Origin: Camelus ferus
Lineage: Eukaryota
DNA: 64,000 nt
Reading direction: 5' to 3'
NCBI RefSeq assembly: GCF_009834535.1
Contig: NC_045700.1
Coordinates: 80,662,001 to 80,726,000, forward strand
In this document: in pieces, positions 36,201-51,067 of the stretch
How the letters are laid out: every line of letters starts with the position of its first letter
Position numbering within the stretch: position 1 is the stretch's first letter
Notes under the pieces: model-generated
Told to the model about the DNA's origin: nothing
Database searches by the model: none
The model's input: the letters and a program-made list of their open reading frames with translations, nothing else
Made by a program: the position numbers and the translations under genes

Positions 36201-39200
36201 GAAGTCGCACAGCTCACACTTGTGCGGTTTCTCGCCTTATGTGGGGGTGGAGGGGAGAGGGGAGAGAACAAAGGTCAGACATGGATCGAGTGAGTGGACA
36301 GACCACTTTCCCCAGCAAGCTCACCCTGGTGCCCAGCAGGAGTGAAAGCTGAGATGCTGATCACAACAGTCAATGCTGCTTCATGGCCAGTCTCAGATGT
36401 CTGCCCCTCCACCCCAACACCAATGAAGTGGGGAACTGAAGATCTAGCTTTTCAAAACTAGCTTTAAAGTCCATTCTGGATTTGTTACACAGCTTATTGG
36501 CACTAATGGCTAACTGCTCCACTTAGCCCAATTCCTTCCAGTTTTGTGGAAGAGATGGAGAAAAAATTAGGCAATACAACACAGTGGTTAACAACTCTGA
36601 CTCTGAAGTCCAACACAGTAATAAAGGTAGTAATAGCCAACATTTATATAGTACTAAGTGCCAGGCACTTGAGCACTTTATAAAAATGCCACCTCTTACT
36701 GAATCCTCACAACAGCCCTATGAGATAAGGGTTATGATTACCCCATTTTACAGAGGAAGGAGCTGAGGCACAGAGAAACCAGAGAGCTATTAAGCATTGG
36801 TTCAAACCCCAGCTTACTACTGTGTGGCCTTGGGTAGGTCATTTAACCCCTCTAAGTCTCAGTTTCCTGGTTTCCAAAAAGGGGGAAACAAAAATACTGA
36901 CCTCACATGGTTGATATGAAGTGCTGGCCCACTCATTTATGACATGTCTCAGAGTCCTCAGCGGTGCCCAGCAAGGACTCAAGGACAAGCTGTCCCTGTA
37001 GTTGGTCAAGACCTGGCACTGAGAAGAGAGGCTGGGGCCATGTTCCTTCAGGACCCTTCCCTGTTATCCCTGCCCTCCCTCCCAACCCCTCTCCCTATCG
37101 TCAAAGGCAAGCAACATGGTGTTCTGGCTCTGGTTCTGATACTAGCTGTGTGAAACAGGCCATTTAAATGTTCAGGGTTTCTCACCTTTACCTGCCTTCT
37201 TTATAAGATTGTTATTATAGATTAAATGAGATAATACATATGAAAGAACTGTAAATTATAAAGTGCTACACAAGCACACCTTGGAGACTGCAGTTCCAGA
37301 CCACTGCAATAAAGCAAACAGCACAACACAGAGTCACACAAATTTTTTGGTTTCCCAGTACCCATAAAAGTTATGTTCAAACACTATACTGTAGTCTATT
37401 AAGTGTGCAATAGCATTGTGTCTGGGGGGAGGGTATAGCTTAGTGGTAGAGCGCACACCTAGCATGCACGAGGTCAAGGGTTTGATCCCCAGCACATCCA
37501 TTAAATAAAAAATGAAAAATAATAAATAAATAAACCTAATTATCCCCCCAAAACAAAAATTTTTTAANNNNNNNNNNNNNNNNNNNNNNNNNNNNNNNNN
37601 NNNNNNNNNNNNNNNNNNNNNNNNNNNNNNNNNNNNNNNNNNNNNNNNNNNNNNNNNNNNNNNNNNNNNNNNNNNNNNNNNNNNNNNNNNNNNNNNNNNN
37701 NNNNNNNNNNNNNNNNNNNNNNNNNNNNNNNATAGATGTGAGGTTTCAAGAAAGGCCTCAGAAAAATGAGACTTTGTGACTAAAGTCTGTATAGAAAGGA
37801 ACTGTTTAACGGCAACAACAATGGCTTTGTCAAAAGCTGCCTAAAAACTGTTTCCACAAACTGAAGAATCTTTGATTAGATTTTTGTCTTGTCAATCTAC
37901 CGATGCTGATATCACGATCACAAATGGGATGACGCTATAGCAGGAAGCCTGGTCTGGTTTTTATTTGAAGCATCAGTGATGCTGGTAACCAATTAAGAGT
38001 CTGAGTTGAAACACGTGCAACTTCCTGGTCACCAGAAGTGATCGTTTCAGTGTCATGGCTGCCAAGGCTATGAAGTATGTGGATGGCTCAGTCCCCTCAC
38101 CCCATCTCTCACAGCATATCCCAAAACTTGAAATGCCAAGGAAGGTATCTGTCCTGGTCTGGGTTTCTTTGCTTTAATAGGCTGGATGTTGACCCTCCCA
38201 AGCCCGCCTAAGGGTGGGCAGAACTGGACAGGGCCTTAGAGGTGAGGCATAACAGCACAGTGGTTAGAGCACAGGCTCTGGATCAGACTGCCTGGATTCA
38301 AGTTGTAGCCTGATCCCTTTATGAGCTGAGTGACACTCAAGGTTCATCTGTGAACTGCAAATACTAGACTTACTTCTAGGACTAGCAGGCCAAATGAGAC
38401 CTATGTAGTGTATGCAAAGCCCTCCCTGTGTCTGGTACACAGTAAAAGCTCCCATTTGCCATCATCATCACCATCATCACCATTATTACATGACTGCAGG
38501 GGTGGAGGGAAGACATCTCACCGGTATGCAGCAGCATGTGGCGGATAAGCACCCTCTTGTGGGCAGTGGCAAAGTTGCACTCAGGGCACTGGTGGATCTT
38601 CTCGTGAGCATGCATCTTGCCCACGTGGTCCTGGTAGGCCACCGGGTTGAAGGTGGCAAAGGGGCAGAAGGTGCAGCGCAGCTCTTCACTGCCAGGGTGG
38701 CCCTGCTTCTTGTGTTTGCGGAACAGGTGCTTGTTGGAGCAGGCGAAGTCGCAGTGGGGGCAGTGGAAGGCATAGTGGCTTTTGTGGTGGGACTCCATGG
38801 CTTCCGCCGTGGCAAAGAGCATGGGACACGAGTGATGGCGGCACTCCACGGCCCGCACCCCGTGGGTCTCCTTCAGGTGCTTTACGAAGGCCTTCCGGTC
38901 AGGTGCCGCATAGCTGCAGCCCTCCTGAAAGCAGTGGAGGGACAGCGGCTCTGCTGCTGCTGCTGCGGTGTGGCTCTTGAGGTGCTCCTTAAGGGCCTGG
39001 CTGAGGCGGAACTCCTCACGGCAGACAGGACAGGCATAGGTATCTGAGTAGAAGTTGGAAATGTCCTCATGCATGCTGGCCATGTGGCGGTTGAGTGCAT
39101 TCCTCTCCACTGCGCTGTAATGGCACAGTGGGCAGCGGTGGGCCTTCTGGCCCAGCTCCCGCAGCAGGTGGGTCTTGAGCTTGCTCTTACTAGTGAAGAA

Positions 39201-42200
39201 CTTTTGGCAGTTGGGGCACTGGAGACTGGGGTCTGGGAAGTGAAGATGTAGGTGCTCCACCAGATGGGTCCGCTTCTTGAAGCAGCGCTTGCATTCTGGA
39301 CACATGTGGGTCTTGAAGAGAGACTCGGTGCCAGAAGCTGCATCCCCTGCGGGAGGAAAAGGCAGAGAGGGCTAAGAGTGAGATTCTTTGATAGGTCAGG
39401 GGTTGGCCAGATAATGGGAGAACCACGATTAGCCCAGACAAAACTTGCATGGCCTTGCTCCTTTCTCTTCAGGAAACCAAACAATAGCATCTCAAACATT
39501 ATAGTCTTAAAGAAGAGACAAGACATTCAAGTATTTAGAGAAACAAAGTCACAAGGACTTCTCAGAACTTGCTGTGGTCTGAGTGAAGTACTGCCCCAGA
39601 CACCCATTATTCCTGAGGCTTTATCTAGAGAAGCTGAAAAGAGCAATCCAGATGGAGCAATCTGTTCTTCCTGCCCTTGACCACAGGGACGGGCAGAAGG
39701 ATCAGTAGGGTTGGTCGGAAGGAAAAGAACCCCACAGGGCGTGAGCAGAGGAGAAGGAAGAGAAGGTCAAGTACTCCTACTTCCAAACACTGTCTCACTG
39801 AGTTTGGGTTTATAGAGAGTTGGTAATAAATACAATCAGATCTTTCCTAGTCACCTGACAGTAAATATGCTCCCCAGTGGGATGGGATTCAAATGTCATT
39901 CTACTGAGATGGAAAACTGGGAAGCAAAGATTCAGAAAAACAATCTTAGAGGGCTCAGTATCAGACAAGACAGCTTCCTGCCTGAGAAACACCAGCTCTG
40001 AAAGCAGACTCTATTTACTCCTACCCTGTGTTACCAGAGACTGTACCCATTTATCATTTTCCCACTAGACATGTTGAAGTGGAATGTTAAGAACTGAAGG
40101 ATCTGAACCAAAGGTCAGAAAACCAAATCTTAGTGCCTCGATGCCAGGCCCCCACAGTCCATTCCTCCCTATCCATCATATCATTACCCTCCAATTGCTG
40201 AGCCCCCTGGCCTTTCCCCAGGGCTTTCTGAGAGTTCTTCTGGCTGCCACTCTCTTCTTCCTCTACGTCCTCCTCTTCAGCTGAATCCTGCCCAGGCATG
40301 GGTGTTCCTGCTTCCTCTGAAGGCTCTCCCTCTCCTGGGGACAGTCTGGGAGCTGCAGACACATAAAACTTGATGACTAGAGGAGCCAATGCAGTGCTGA
40401 GTGCTTGTACTTCTGCTCTTACTGGCTAGAAGAATCACTTCCAACTAGGTGGCATAAGGGCATCTTGGGTTGTAAAGTATATAAATTTATTCCCACTCAA
40501 GACAAAGACAGGAAGACCAGGAGCTCAGCGGTCAGTAATGCTCCAACCTAAAGTAAATCAAACTTCAGATAACACCAACCTCAGACCCCCTGAAGGTAAG
40601 AGCCCTGAGGTCACTGGAGAGGGGGAGGGGGCAGAGAGGTAGAGACTAGACAGATGAGACTATACTTCCTAGCTCAGATCACCGGAGCCAATGACTGGTG
40701 GCTTAGTACAGGTGAACAAACCCTGACCTCTAAACTTTTACTGAAAAACCCAACTCAGCAATTCAGGGGCACACCTTCTACCTTCAAATCCATCCCTTCT
40801 ATCCCTCAACAGAGGCAGCTGCTTCAGTAAGGCAAAAACGTATGACTTTTTTTGCAGAAGAGGAATCTTCTCTTTGCATCAGAGCACAAATGAGTCTCAG
40901 CAAGCCAAATTCTCTCATCAGAATCCTGTTTTTTCTATTTCCCCCTGCTCCTCTGCTTACCCCATGCCCTTTTTAAGAGATGAAGAAGAGTAAGAATCAC
41001 TGAAGCACTATCTTCCTTGAAGGTTTCTTTTTAAAATAACCCCAGCTTCTCCTGCCCAATCCCACTTGCCCTAACAGGAGTTTATAGGCATTCTACCAGT
41101 GGCTACAGCCACTGATGGGCATTTTAGCTTCTGCCCTCAGAAAGTTACAAAATGATCAGAGGAAAATATTGGTTAAGTAACTTCAAGGCCACAGTGCAGT
41201 CTAAGCCAAACTTCATTCACTGTCAAAAAGACTTCCTCTTTGTCTCATATATTCTGACCAGTCCAGGATTTCTAGAAGCCTTTCCGTGTCAGCCAGTAAT
41301 TCTGTCCTTCTGAGCCATTACTCTGGATTCTCTCGTATTCATGCACATATTCACAGCACTAGAAACAACTGCCTCTCCTCAAGGCTGCTGGGCCCTTGGC
41401 CTCATACCTGGCAGCAGCTCCTGGGACGGAAGACCCTGAACAGCAGACAGTCCTCCCTGTGTCCCGGCTCCATGGCTCCGCTGATGCTGCCGGAAGAGTT
41501 TGATGTTGGAGCCCACGAAGCTGCAATGGTTGCAGTGGAAAGGGTAATGGGCCTGCCGGTGCAGCTCCATGCCCTGCTGGCTCCCGAAGACCAGGGGGCA
41601 GCCCCGGAAAGAACAGGGCACAGGAAGTGCTCTGTGGGTCTGCCTCAGGTGGTGCTGTAGACCCTTGCGATCTTGAGCGGAGAACACACAGCCAGACTCT
41701 GGGCAGGAGAAGGTGTCGGGAGTGCCCCGGTGAATCTTGAAGTGGCTCTTCAGGGCCTGGGGTTGGGCAAACTCCTGTCTACACACAGGGCATGGAAGGG
41801 GGCTATTTGGTGGGCTCTGGCCCTGTAGAGGGCCAGGAAGAGTGAGGTTGCTGGGGGGCAGCTCTACAGAGCACGGGGGGCTAGAGAGGCCATGCACAGG
41901 CTGTATAAGGGTCTCAGCGCACTGGTGCAGGGCCAGCAGAGCGGGCTCTGCGAAGCTCTGCTCACAGCGCTCACAGAAGTACACCTCCACCACCTTTACC
42001 AGGACACCTGCAGGCAGAGGACCGACAGAGAAAGGCACAGAATCAGATGGAACGAGACTCATAGGAGTTAGTTACCAGTAGAAAATGTAGGTGAATCTTT
42101 TAATATTCACGGAGTGGAGATGGACTTAAGTCTGGTTCTACACTTGGACTGTAAGCCCCTTAATGTCAGGGACAGTCTATCTTGCACATGTGTTTGGATT

Positions 42201-44372
42201 CCCAATACCTTACATAATACTTGGCACAAGTAGGTACTTGATAATTATTTGTTAAGTAAACGTAAAAAGCATTAACCAAATCCAGAAAGCTTTAAGACAA
42301 TATATTTTGTCCAAATAAAAACTTAGAAACTTCCAAAAGAAGAAAATGACAATCTGGGGGTAATATTTGCAATATAAATGACAAAGTATTACTTTTATAT
42401 TCTGTGAAGAGATTTTCAAAGGCATAGTAATTCATACAATGGAGGCCAAATCACATTCAAAATAATTGTTGTCATTTCTTAAGCAATAGGGAGGACCTTG
42501 ACAAAGAAAGGCTTAGGAAACACTCTAGCCTGGTCCTCCAACTGTTCTTTGGGAAGAGGGACCTAGGATTCTGCGACGTTAAGGCCAATCTGCTTAGTAA
42601 CGGTAGAGCCCAGGTTTGCCCCATGTTTATTCTGGTGGTCCTTTTTCTCTTTATTATCTTTTTGTTTAAATAAAAATTCAGTGCAACAATTCAAATGATA
42701 CAGACATATATAAAGAATAATCATCCCCAATCCTCACACACATAGTTTGGTCTAGATCCTTTTAGGCTTTGGGGGGGTCATTTTTCTGCACTTAGCTTTT
42801 TTTCCATCTGCTATACAGCAAAGATATTTTTATCTACCTCATATTTTTTTTTTTGTCCAGTTCATGGTACGCGTATGGATAAATCAAAATGAAATTTTGC
42901 TCTTACTGATGGACTACTGCGTTGTTTCCAATCATTATAAATAAAGCTGCATTATCCCCGTAATCTTGTGCATGCGTATGAGTCTTTCTATATGACAGAT
43001 CCCTAGAAGCAGAATTACTGAGTCAGAGAACACATATTTTAAAATTTGTTACATAGATAAACTGACCTTCAAAAGATTACACTAATTTATACTCTCCATA
43101 AACTGTAAGATAGTATCTGTTCCCCTACAGCCTCACCAACAGTAGTTTTATAAATAATGCTTAATTTTTGCCAAAGTCAAGAAACAAAACTGGCATCTCA
43201 TAGTTACTTTTAACTGGAATTTGCATATTAGTGAGATTAAGCTTCCTTACGGTTGTTGACTTTTTACTTCTTTATTGAATTGAATGTAGATTTCTTTTTC
43301 CTTCTTTTAAAAAAACTTTTTTTTTTATTGTGGAGTTCTCTGAATTTTAAAGATACTCTTTCTTATATATTATAAATGTTTTTCCAGGTTTCTTCTTAAT
43401 TTATTATTTCTTTCACCACATCAAAGCTTAGAAATATCATATGATCAAATTAGCTAATCTTCCCAGTATTCTCTGTATACTTCCAAGGAAGGCTGGTACA
43501 ACTGTAGCTGGAAGATGGCAGTTGAAAAATAGGAACATTACCTAAAAATAAAAAGGTGTAGAAAGGGGAGAATCTTTCTTCTAACATAAATATAAAGGTC
43601 CAACTCCTACTCTCAACGACATGCCTTGAATGAGTTAAGTACGTTATTTAAAAGAAACTACAGCAGGGGATACCAAGATTACTTCTAGGAAGTCCTGCCA
43701 AGCCCTGGGTGGTGGAGAGAGGCTGGGCCTTTTGCCTAATCCCTGGCTGTAGTTCCTGGGTGGGAGGTCAATATGGAGGAAAGAATCCCTGAGGACTATA
43801 GGAGTAAGAATTGGGCAGAGGTGTCAGAAAAGTCTTCCTTTCTGGATTACCGCCTAGCAGACGTGAAGCCCTCGCAGGGATAGACTGCCAAGAGCTTGGT
43901 ACAAGGTTGTGCACCACCTCGTCAGCCTTCAATCAACATTCACCAACTGCAAATCAAATTACAACATCTCTAAGTATAAAAATAGGATGCTACCTCGTGT
44001 CTTCATCATATTTATATACAAGGATCAAAAATAGCACAGACAAAAACTCAGGGCTGCTTGTCCCACTGGCCTGCTAGCAACTGTGTTTGTACCTGGGGTC
44101 TCTCCAGGAGCACTGGGGGACAGGTTTCCAGCTACTGCTTCCACAATGATCTCCATATTCCCTGTGTCCTCTTCAGTTGCTGTGGTCTCTACCAGCAGGC
44201 AGCCTGGGTCAGCAGGCAAAGGTGGAGGGTTTCCAGAAGGACAGGGACTCTGGACAGGCTCCAGGAGTCCACGGTTAGAGAGAGGTGGGGGGATCAGCAA
44301 TAGCTCAGGGCACAGTCCATCCATCTCTCCAGTGCTGTTGGCTGGCTGTGAGTCCAACACGGGCTCTGTCAT
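30248..44372 (-). CDS. ZNF142: Zinc finger protein 142, 1851 aa with all exons. Coding exons in transcript order: 44372-44093, 42007-41408, 40352-40188, 39346-38522, 36235-36058, 35311-32380, 31752-31647, 30717-30248
   Basis: N-terminus MTEPVLDSQPANSTGEMDGLCPELLLIPPP, many C2H2 fingers with HTGEKP linkers, C-terminus ...PAAPQTGPEG*. GT-AG boundaries give 5556 nt in frame. Confidence 0.96.
37271..37423 (-). mobile_element. Tigger1-like terminal fragment
   Basis: CCAGACCACTGCAATAAAGC...GAGTCACACAAATTTTTTGGTTTCCCAGT...CTATACTGTAGTCTATTAAGTGTGCAATAGCATT matches the Tigger1 end as recalled. Confidence 0.7.
37424..37567 (+). mobile_element. tRNA-Ala-derived SINE with (AAAT)n-AAACCTAATT tail, running into a gap
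   Basis: GGGGGGAGGGTATAGCTTAGTGGTAGAGCGCACACCTAGCATGCACGAGG...GATCCCCAGCACATCCATTAAATAAA. Confidence 0.85.
37568..37731. other. Assembly gap (164 N)
   Basis: Run of N. Confidence 1.
42690..43490 (-). mobile_element. Degenerate antisense-type LINE-1 fragment in a ZNF142 intron
   Basis: L1 3' motifs (AGATCCCTAGAAGCAGAATTACTGAGTCAGAG; ACTAATTTATACTCTCCATAAACTGTAAGA; TGGCATCTCATAGTT). Confidence 0.6.
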
Positions 44373-45899
44373 CACCACCAACTTGTGTGCTATGGCCTCC
44401 GAAGTGCTGATAAACCAACCAGAAGAAAAACCAAACAAAATATAATTAGATCTCTCACTTTCTTCCTAGTTGGTGTGGGTACAGAGCCCAGTGCCTGCCC
44501 AGTTAAGCATTTCCTTGTATGGCAGCATGCCACACCTAGTTAACCTAGAAGTGTTCTTTTTATGGCAAAGTTTAGAACAAAAAGCATAAAAATGACATTA
44601 GGGGTCAATACAGGAAAGAGACAAGAAATATGGCCAACATATTAAAGACTGCAGGTTATGTTTCTCGAAGCTAAGTGACCTTGGTCAAATCATTAAGCAA
44701 CCTAGATCTCAGTTTTCTTATCTGCAATAACACTGGCTAGGGTCAAGGGATCTCAGAGGTCCCTTTCCCTCTTAACATTTTATGATCTCTCTATTCCTGA
44801 GCTCAAAGCCCTTCCTTCATGATAATCTGGCCCCTGCTGACCTTCCAGATTCATCTTCCACTTCTCCCTGCAACAGATCTCTGAACCAGTCATACCAATT
44901 ATTTGCCACTCCCCAGATTCACCACGTTCTCTTTGGCTTCCACATCCTTTCACCTTCCTCTCTCTCGGCTTGCTGGGCCTTTTTGCCTTTGCCATCTTTC
45001 TTGTCTGGCTAACCGACTTAGAACTATCCTTTAAGAACCTGCACAAATGTCACTTCCACTATGATGGCTTCCTGACACTGTTTATCTAAGTCTCTCTCTC
45101 TGAGTTCCTAACGGCACCTTGTACACAGCTCTGTCAGAAACTGTTTCACACTGCACTGTTGTTTACTTATCAGTCTCCCTCCCTAGACCTGGAGCTTTTT
45201 GAGTTTGTTGACATTATCACTTCACTAAACACAAACCACCAATGGTCTATACCAGTTAGACAAACAAGGGAATTCTAGTGAAGAACTATGGACACAGAGA
45301 TGCATCAAAGTAAAGCTAGGATTTTAGTAAGATATCAAACCGTGGTTTCTTACACATAAAGTATCACATCTGGAGAAATTTCAAACTCATTTATTATGGC
45401 CTCACATTGAACACTGGAACAAAACTGAGAAACAAATGTCAACTAAATTGCATATTCTGTTATACATGGCTAAAATTAGTTTAAGCTGAGAAATTGATAA
45501 TTAATAAGAACAACAGTAATCAGTTCTTGAAACTGAGTCACGGAGGTCGATTAAGGGCCTCAGGCTAGGAAATTAGGTTGCAGGTGAGAATTCTGCAACT
45601 CAAAACCTCAGAACACGGGGATTCAGAAGCTGGCAGGGCAGTGCCCTTCTGCCCTCAGAGGATTCTCCAGGAACCGCAGCCTCCACTTACTAAATATTAT
45701 AGCTGCTCTCAGGAATCTTCCAGCTCGGGCAGTATATTTGCCTTGGTGAGAACCAAGGAAGGCGAGGTATGTCTAGACTGAGAACCTTCAGCGGCTGGAA
45801 GGCGGGGTGAAGTGGGAGACAGTGGGGCCAAGAGAAGAAATGAGCTTATCTAGGGGCAAGGGCACTGAGGAAGAGAAAGGACACATTTAGGCAGAAAAG

Positions 45900-46900
45900 G
45901 CCTGGGGAAAGGAGACCCGGCCTGGGGACCAAGGTACCCGCGTTTAAACCTGTCTGTGGGCTCTGACTCACCGCGTGGCCCTGGACAGATAAAAGTCACC
46001 TCGCTTCTCTGGGCCTTAGCTTTCCCATCTGTAAAGTGGAGGCGATGACAGCGTCCACATCGTTGGGCGGGAGCGGGAATCACAAGAGCGGAAGAATAGG
46101 AAAGCCGTTTTGTAACCTGCCAGGCTTGGGATGGAGCAGCATCGTGATTATGGTCCTGAGGAGAGGCAGCGGATAAGCGGGCGGGGTCCAGAGCAGTGAC
46201 GCGACTAAGGCACCCGGGCGGCTGATGTGATGCGCCGGGGCCCCGCTCGTTGGCGTGCTCCCTTCAGCACTTGTCCCAAGCGTTCCTACCGCCCAGGCGC
46301 ACCCTCATCCTGGGGCTCGAGAAACTTTTGCCTCAGGCCTGCTCCACCCGCACTCCCTACCAGTTCCCAAACTGCAGCCGCTCACTTACCTCCCGGCCCA
46401 CGGCGGGCGGGAGCCGCATCTCTATGGTCGACCAGCAGCTGGAGCGGCCTCCAGGGACTCCCTTTGTGCGACCGCCTCCGGCCCAGCCGCCTCTAGGACA
46501 GTGGGCACATGGAGGACGCTCTCTCTTTCTCTACCAGGCTGGAGGTGTACTCTATGGTTCTCTTTATCGTCTCCCTTCTCAACCCTCAACACCCCCTGCC
46601 GCGAAGCCTCAAGGAGTACCATCGAGAGTTGTGGAGCAGAGTGGCATGGACTTCTTGGTGGGTGTGGCGGGAAGTAGATGAAAGGACTCGGGGCAGGGCC
46701 GAGTGGCGCTTCCCTCAAGAGCGGAAGGGTGAAACCATCGAGAGGGAGGGCCAGAGAGTCATGGAGGTAAGGGGGCGGAGTGACAGATTACTCCGAAGCA
46801 CGATGCTGGAGGCGCGAGCTGGGTTGTGGAGGGGGTTCGGGAGGGGTTCTGGGCATCCAACAAAGACCGGGAGCGGGAAGAACTTTGTCTGTGGCCTTCC
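45900..46900. promoter_or_regulatory. CpG island and bidirectional promoter of ZNF142 (-) and BCS1L (+)
   Basis: CpG-dense, with GC boxes, ETS-like CGGAAG and E2F-like GGCGGGAA motifs. Minus-strand donor at 45966-45971 and plus-strand donor at 46767 point away from each other. Confidence 0.8.
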
Positions 46901-48020
46901 ATGGATAGAAAAATTTGAAATTCTGGATCCTATTTAGCCTCAGCGGAGGTCACTGCTGTCAGTTTACCACCCTGCGTGCTAGTCGTAGAGCAAAGTGGCA
47001 GAGGGCGAGGGAGTTGTGCTGCGAACGATTTCACCTCCTACCCCTCGGGATCTTACAGCCTGGAATCAGGCCTGGTACATTTTTTGGAGGGTGGAATTTG
47101 GGAAAATCTCCACGGTGGAAGTAGGAGATAGGTAGGACTTCGGTTGGAGAGAATGGAGGGAATAAATTAGAATAAGCATTCTGATCAGAGTCAAGAGAAA
47201 TGCCTGAGCAAGGAAGAGGGAGGTGTTTGCATATTTGTTCAACAGACAGTATGAGGAGCTAAGCCATTAAAGGTAGATGGGTGCCCTGTTGTGGAAGCAG
47301 AGGATTTTTTTTTTAACCTAACTAAAGGCCCTGTTGAGAGCCAGCCACTGGAGTTGTTGGAGTAGAGAAAGTGATTGGATTGAAGCAGATCTTTATGAAG
47401 AAAGATCTGGACCCCTGTAGAGCACTTTGGTGAAGCAAGAGGTAGAGACCCACTAAGATGCCACTCCAAGAACCAAAATTAACTTTGAAGACATAGTTTA
47501 GGTGGCAGGTAATAAAGGGCTAAACAGGACATCAAGAAGTGTGCATGTAGAGGATATGTGAAGGACATGACTCATGTTAACAAGGCATGGGGTTACTGAC
47601 AGAAGAGAGTAGCTTCTTCATCCCCTGCTAACTCTGGACAGTGGGCAGCTTTCTATCTCAGCCGGTCCCAGCGACCACAAAAAATAATTTTGCCCACCCA
47701 CTATGCTGATGTGAAGGCGGTTACATTGTTCTCTCAGGTTTAAGAAATCTCCAGACATAGTTGTCTGGCAGAAACAGGTATGAACAGGATAATGAAAGAT
47801 GAAATGGGATGAGTTGTCCGGAGTCCCATCCCCTGCATTCCAACATCAGCCCTACCCCATAAAGGGAGGATAGTAAAGCACACTTTGTTGCTGACCTGTC
47901 CTTCCTGCTCTCAGCTTCTGTAGGAGGGAGGGGGCAGGTTGGGGAGGAATTTCGGAGTACAGTTTCTAAAGTAATCTTGTGCTTTATCCCATCTCCACTG
48001 CTCCCATCCCCAGGTTTTGA

Positions 48021-50500
<2,480 letters not shown>

Positions 50501-50526
50501 CAACCAGGCTGTGCTCAACTTTCCCC

Positions 50527-50532
50527 AATAAA
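50527..50532 (+). terminator. BCS1L: BCS1L polyadenylation signal AATAAA
   Basis: Canonical hexamer 26 nt after the stop codon. Confidence 0.8.
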
Positions 50533-51021
50533 CACCTGCCATTCTACTCTGGTCTCTGATCTCCCTTCCTGCCTCCCTGTATTGGTACTTTAGTGAAAAG
50601 CAGAGGCTGTAATGCAGATGCCTACAGAGGCAATCAGATGTCCACATACGCAAATACTGGGAGCATAGCCCACCTAAGAGAAAGGAGGGAGAAGAGACAC
50701 TAGTAAACAGGAAAGTACCATCCTCCACCTGAATGTATTCAAATTAGACACACAGCTGTGGGCATATGCACAGCGGGTTATGTGGCAGGGTGTCCTGCGT
50801 CTGCTTAAATGTTGGCACCCACTAGTTTTCCTTGAAACCCATTATGCTGACTGAGATGTCAGACCCCTCTTTACCTAGACCCAAATCTCTTGGGAGAACA
50901 CACTTGAGAGCAAGTGGGGGCTGCTCTGCCATCCTCCAGTTTTGCTAGGACTTTAGAAAGAAAGCCATACTTCACAGGTTAGGCACTATTCAGTAAGGAA
51001 AGCCAAACAAGGCCAAATCTC

Positions 51022-51027
51022 TTTATT
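51022..51027 (-). terminator. RNF25: RNF25 polyadenylation signal AATAAA
   Basis: TTTATT on the + strand, 40 nt beyond the RNF25 stop codon. Confidence 0.8.
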
Positions 51028-51067
51028 GCCCACTCCACCCCCACTTCCCTGTCCCCCCATAGTACTG

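Noticed and set aside
37732-38050. Unassigned mixed-composition sequence after the third gap
   Set aside because: I found no open frame or recognisable repeat or RNA family. The only feature is a short AGCATCA-G-TGATGCT palindrome, which is not enough for a call.
30055-39680. Many long ORFs overlapping ZNF142 exons on the opposite strand or in other frames (e.g. 34313-34972 +, 38412-39047 +, 30055-30690 -)
   Set aside because: These are shadow ORFs of a GC-rich coding sequence, with no recognisable domains or independent splice structure.
46250-46681. 143-aa ORF in the ZNF142/BCS1L CpG island
   Set aside because: Stop-poor GC-rich DNA with no recognisable domain; such ORFs are expected by chance in CpG islands.
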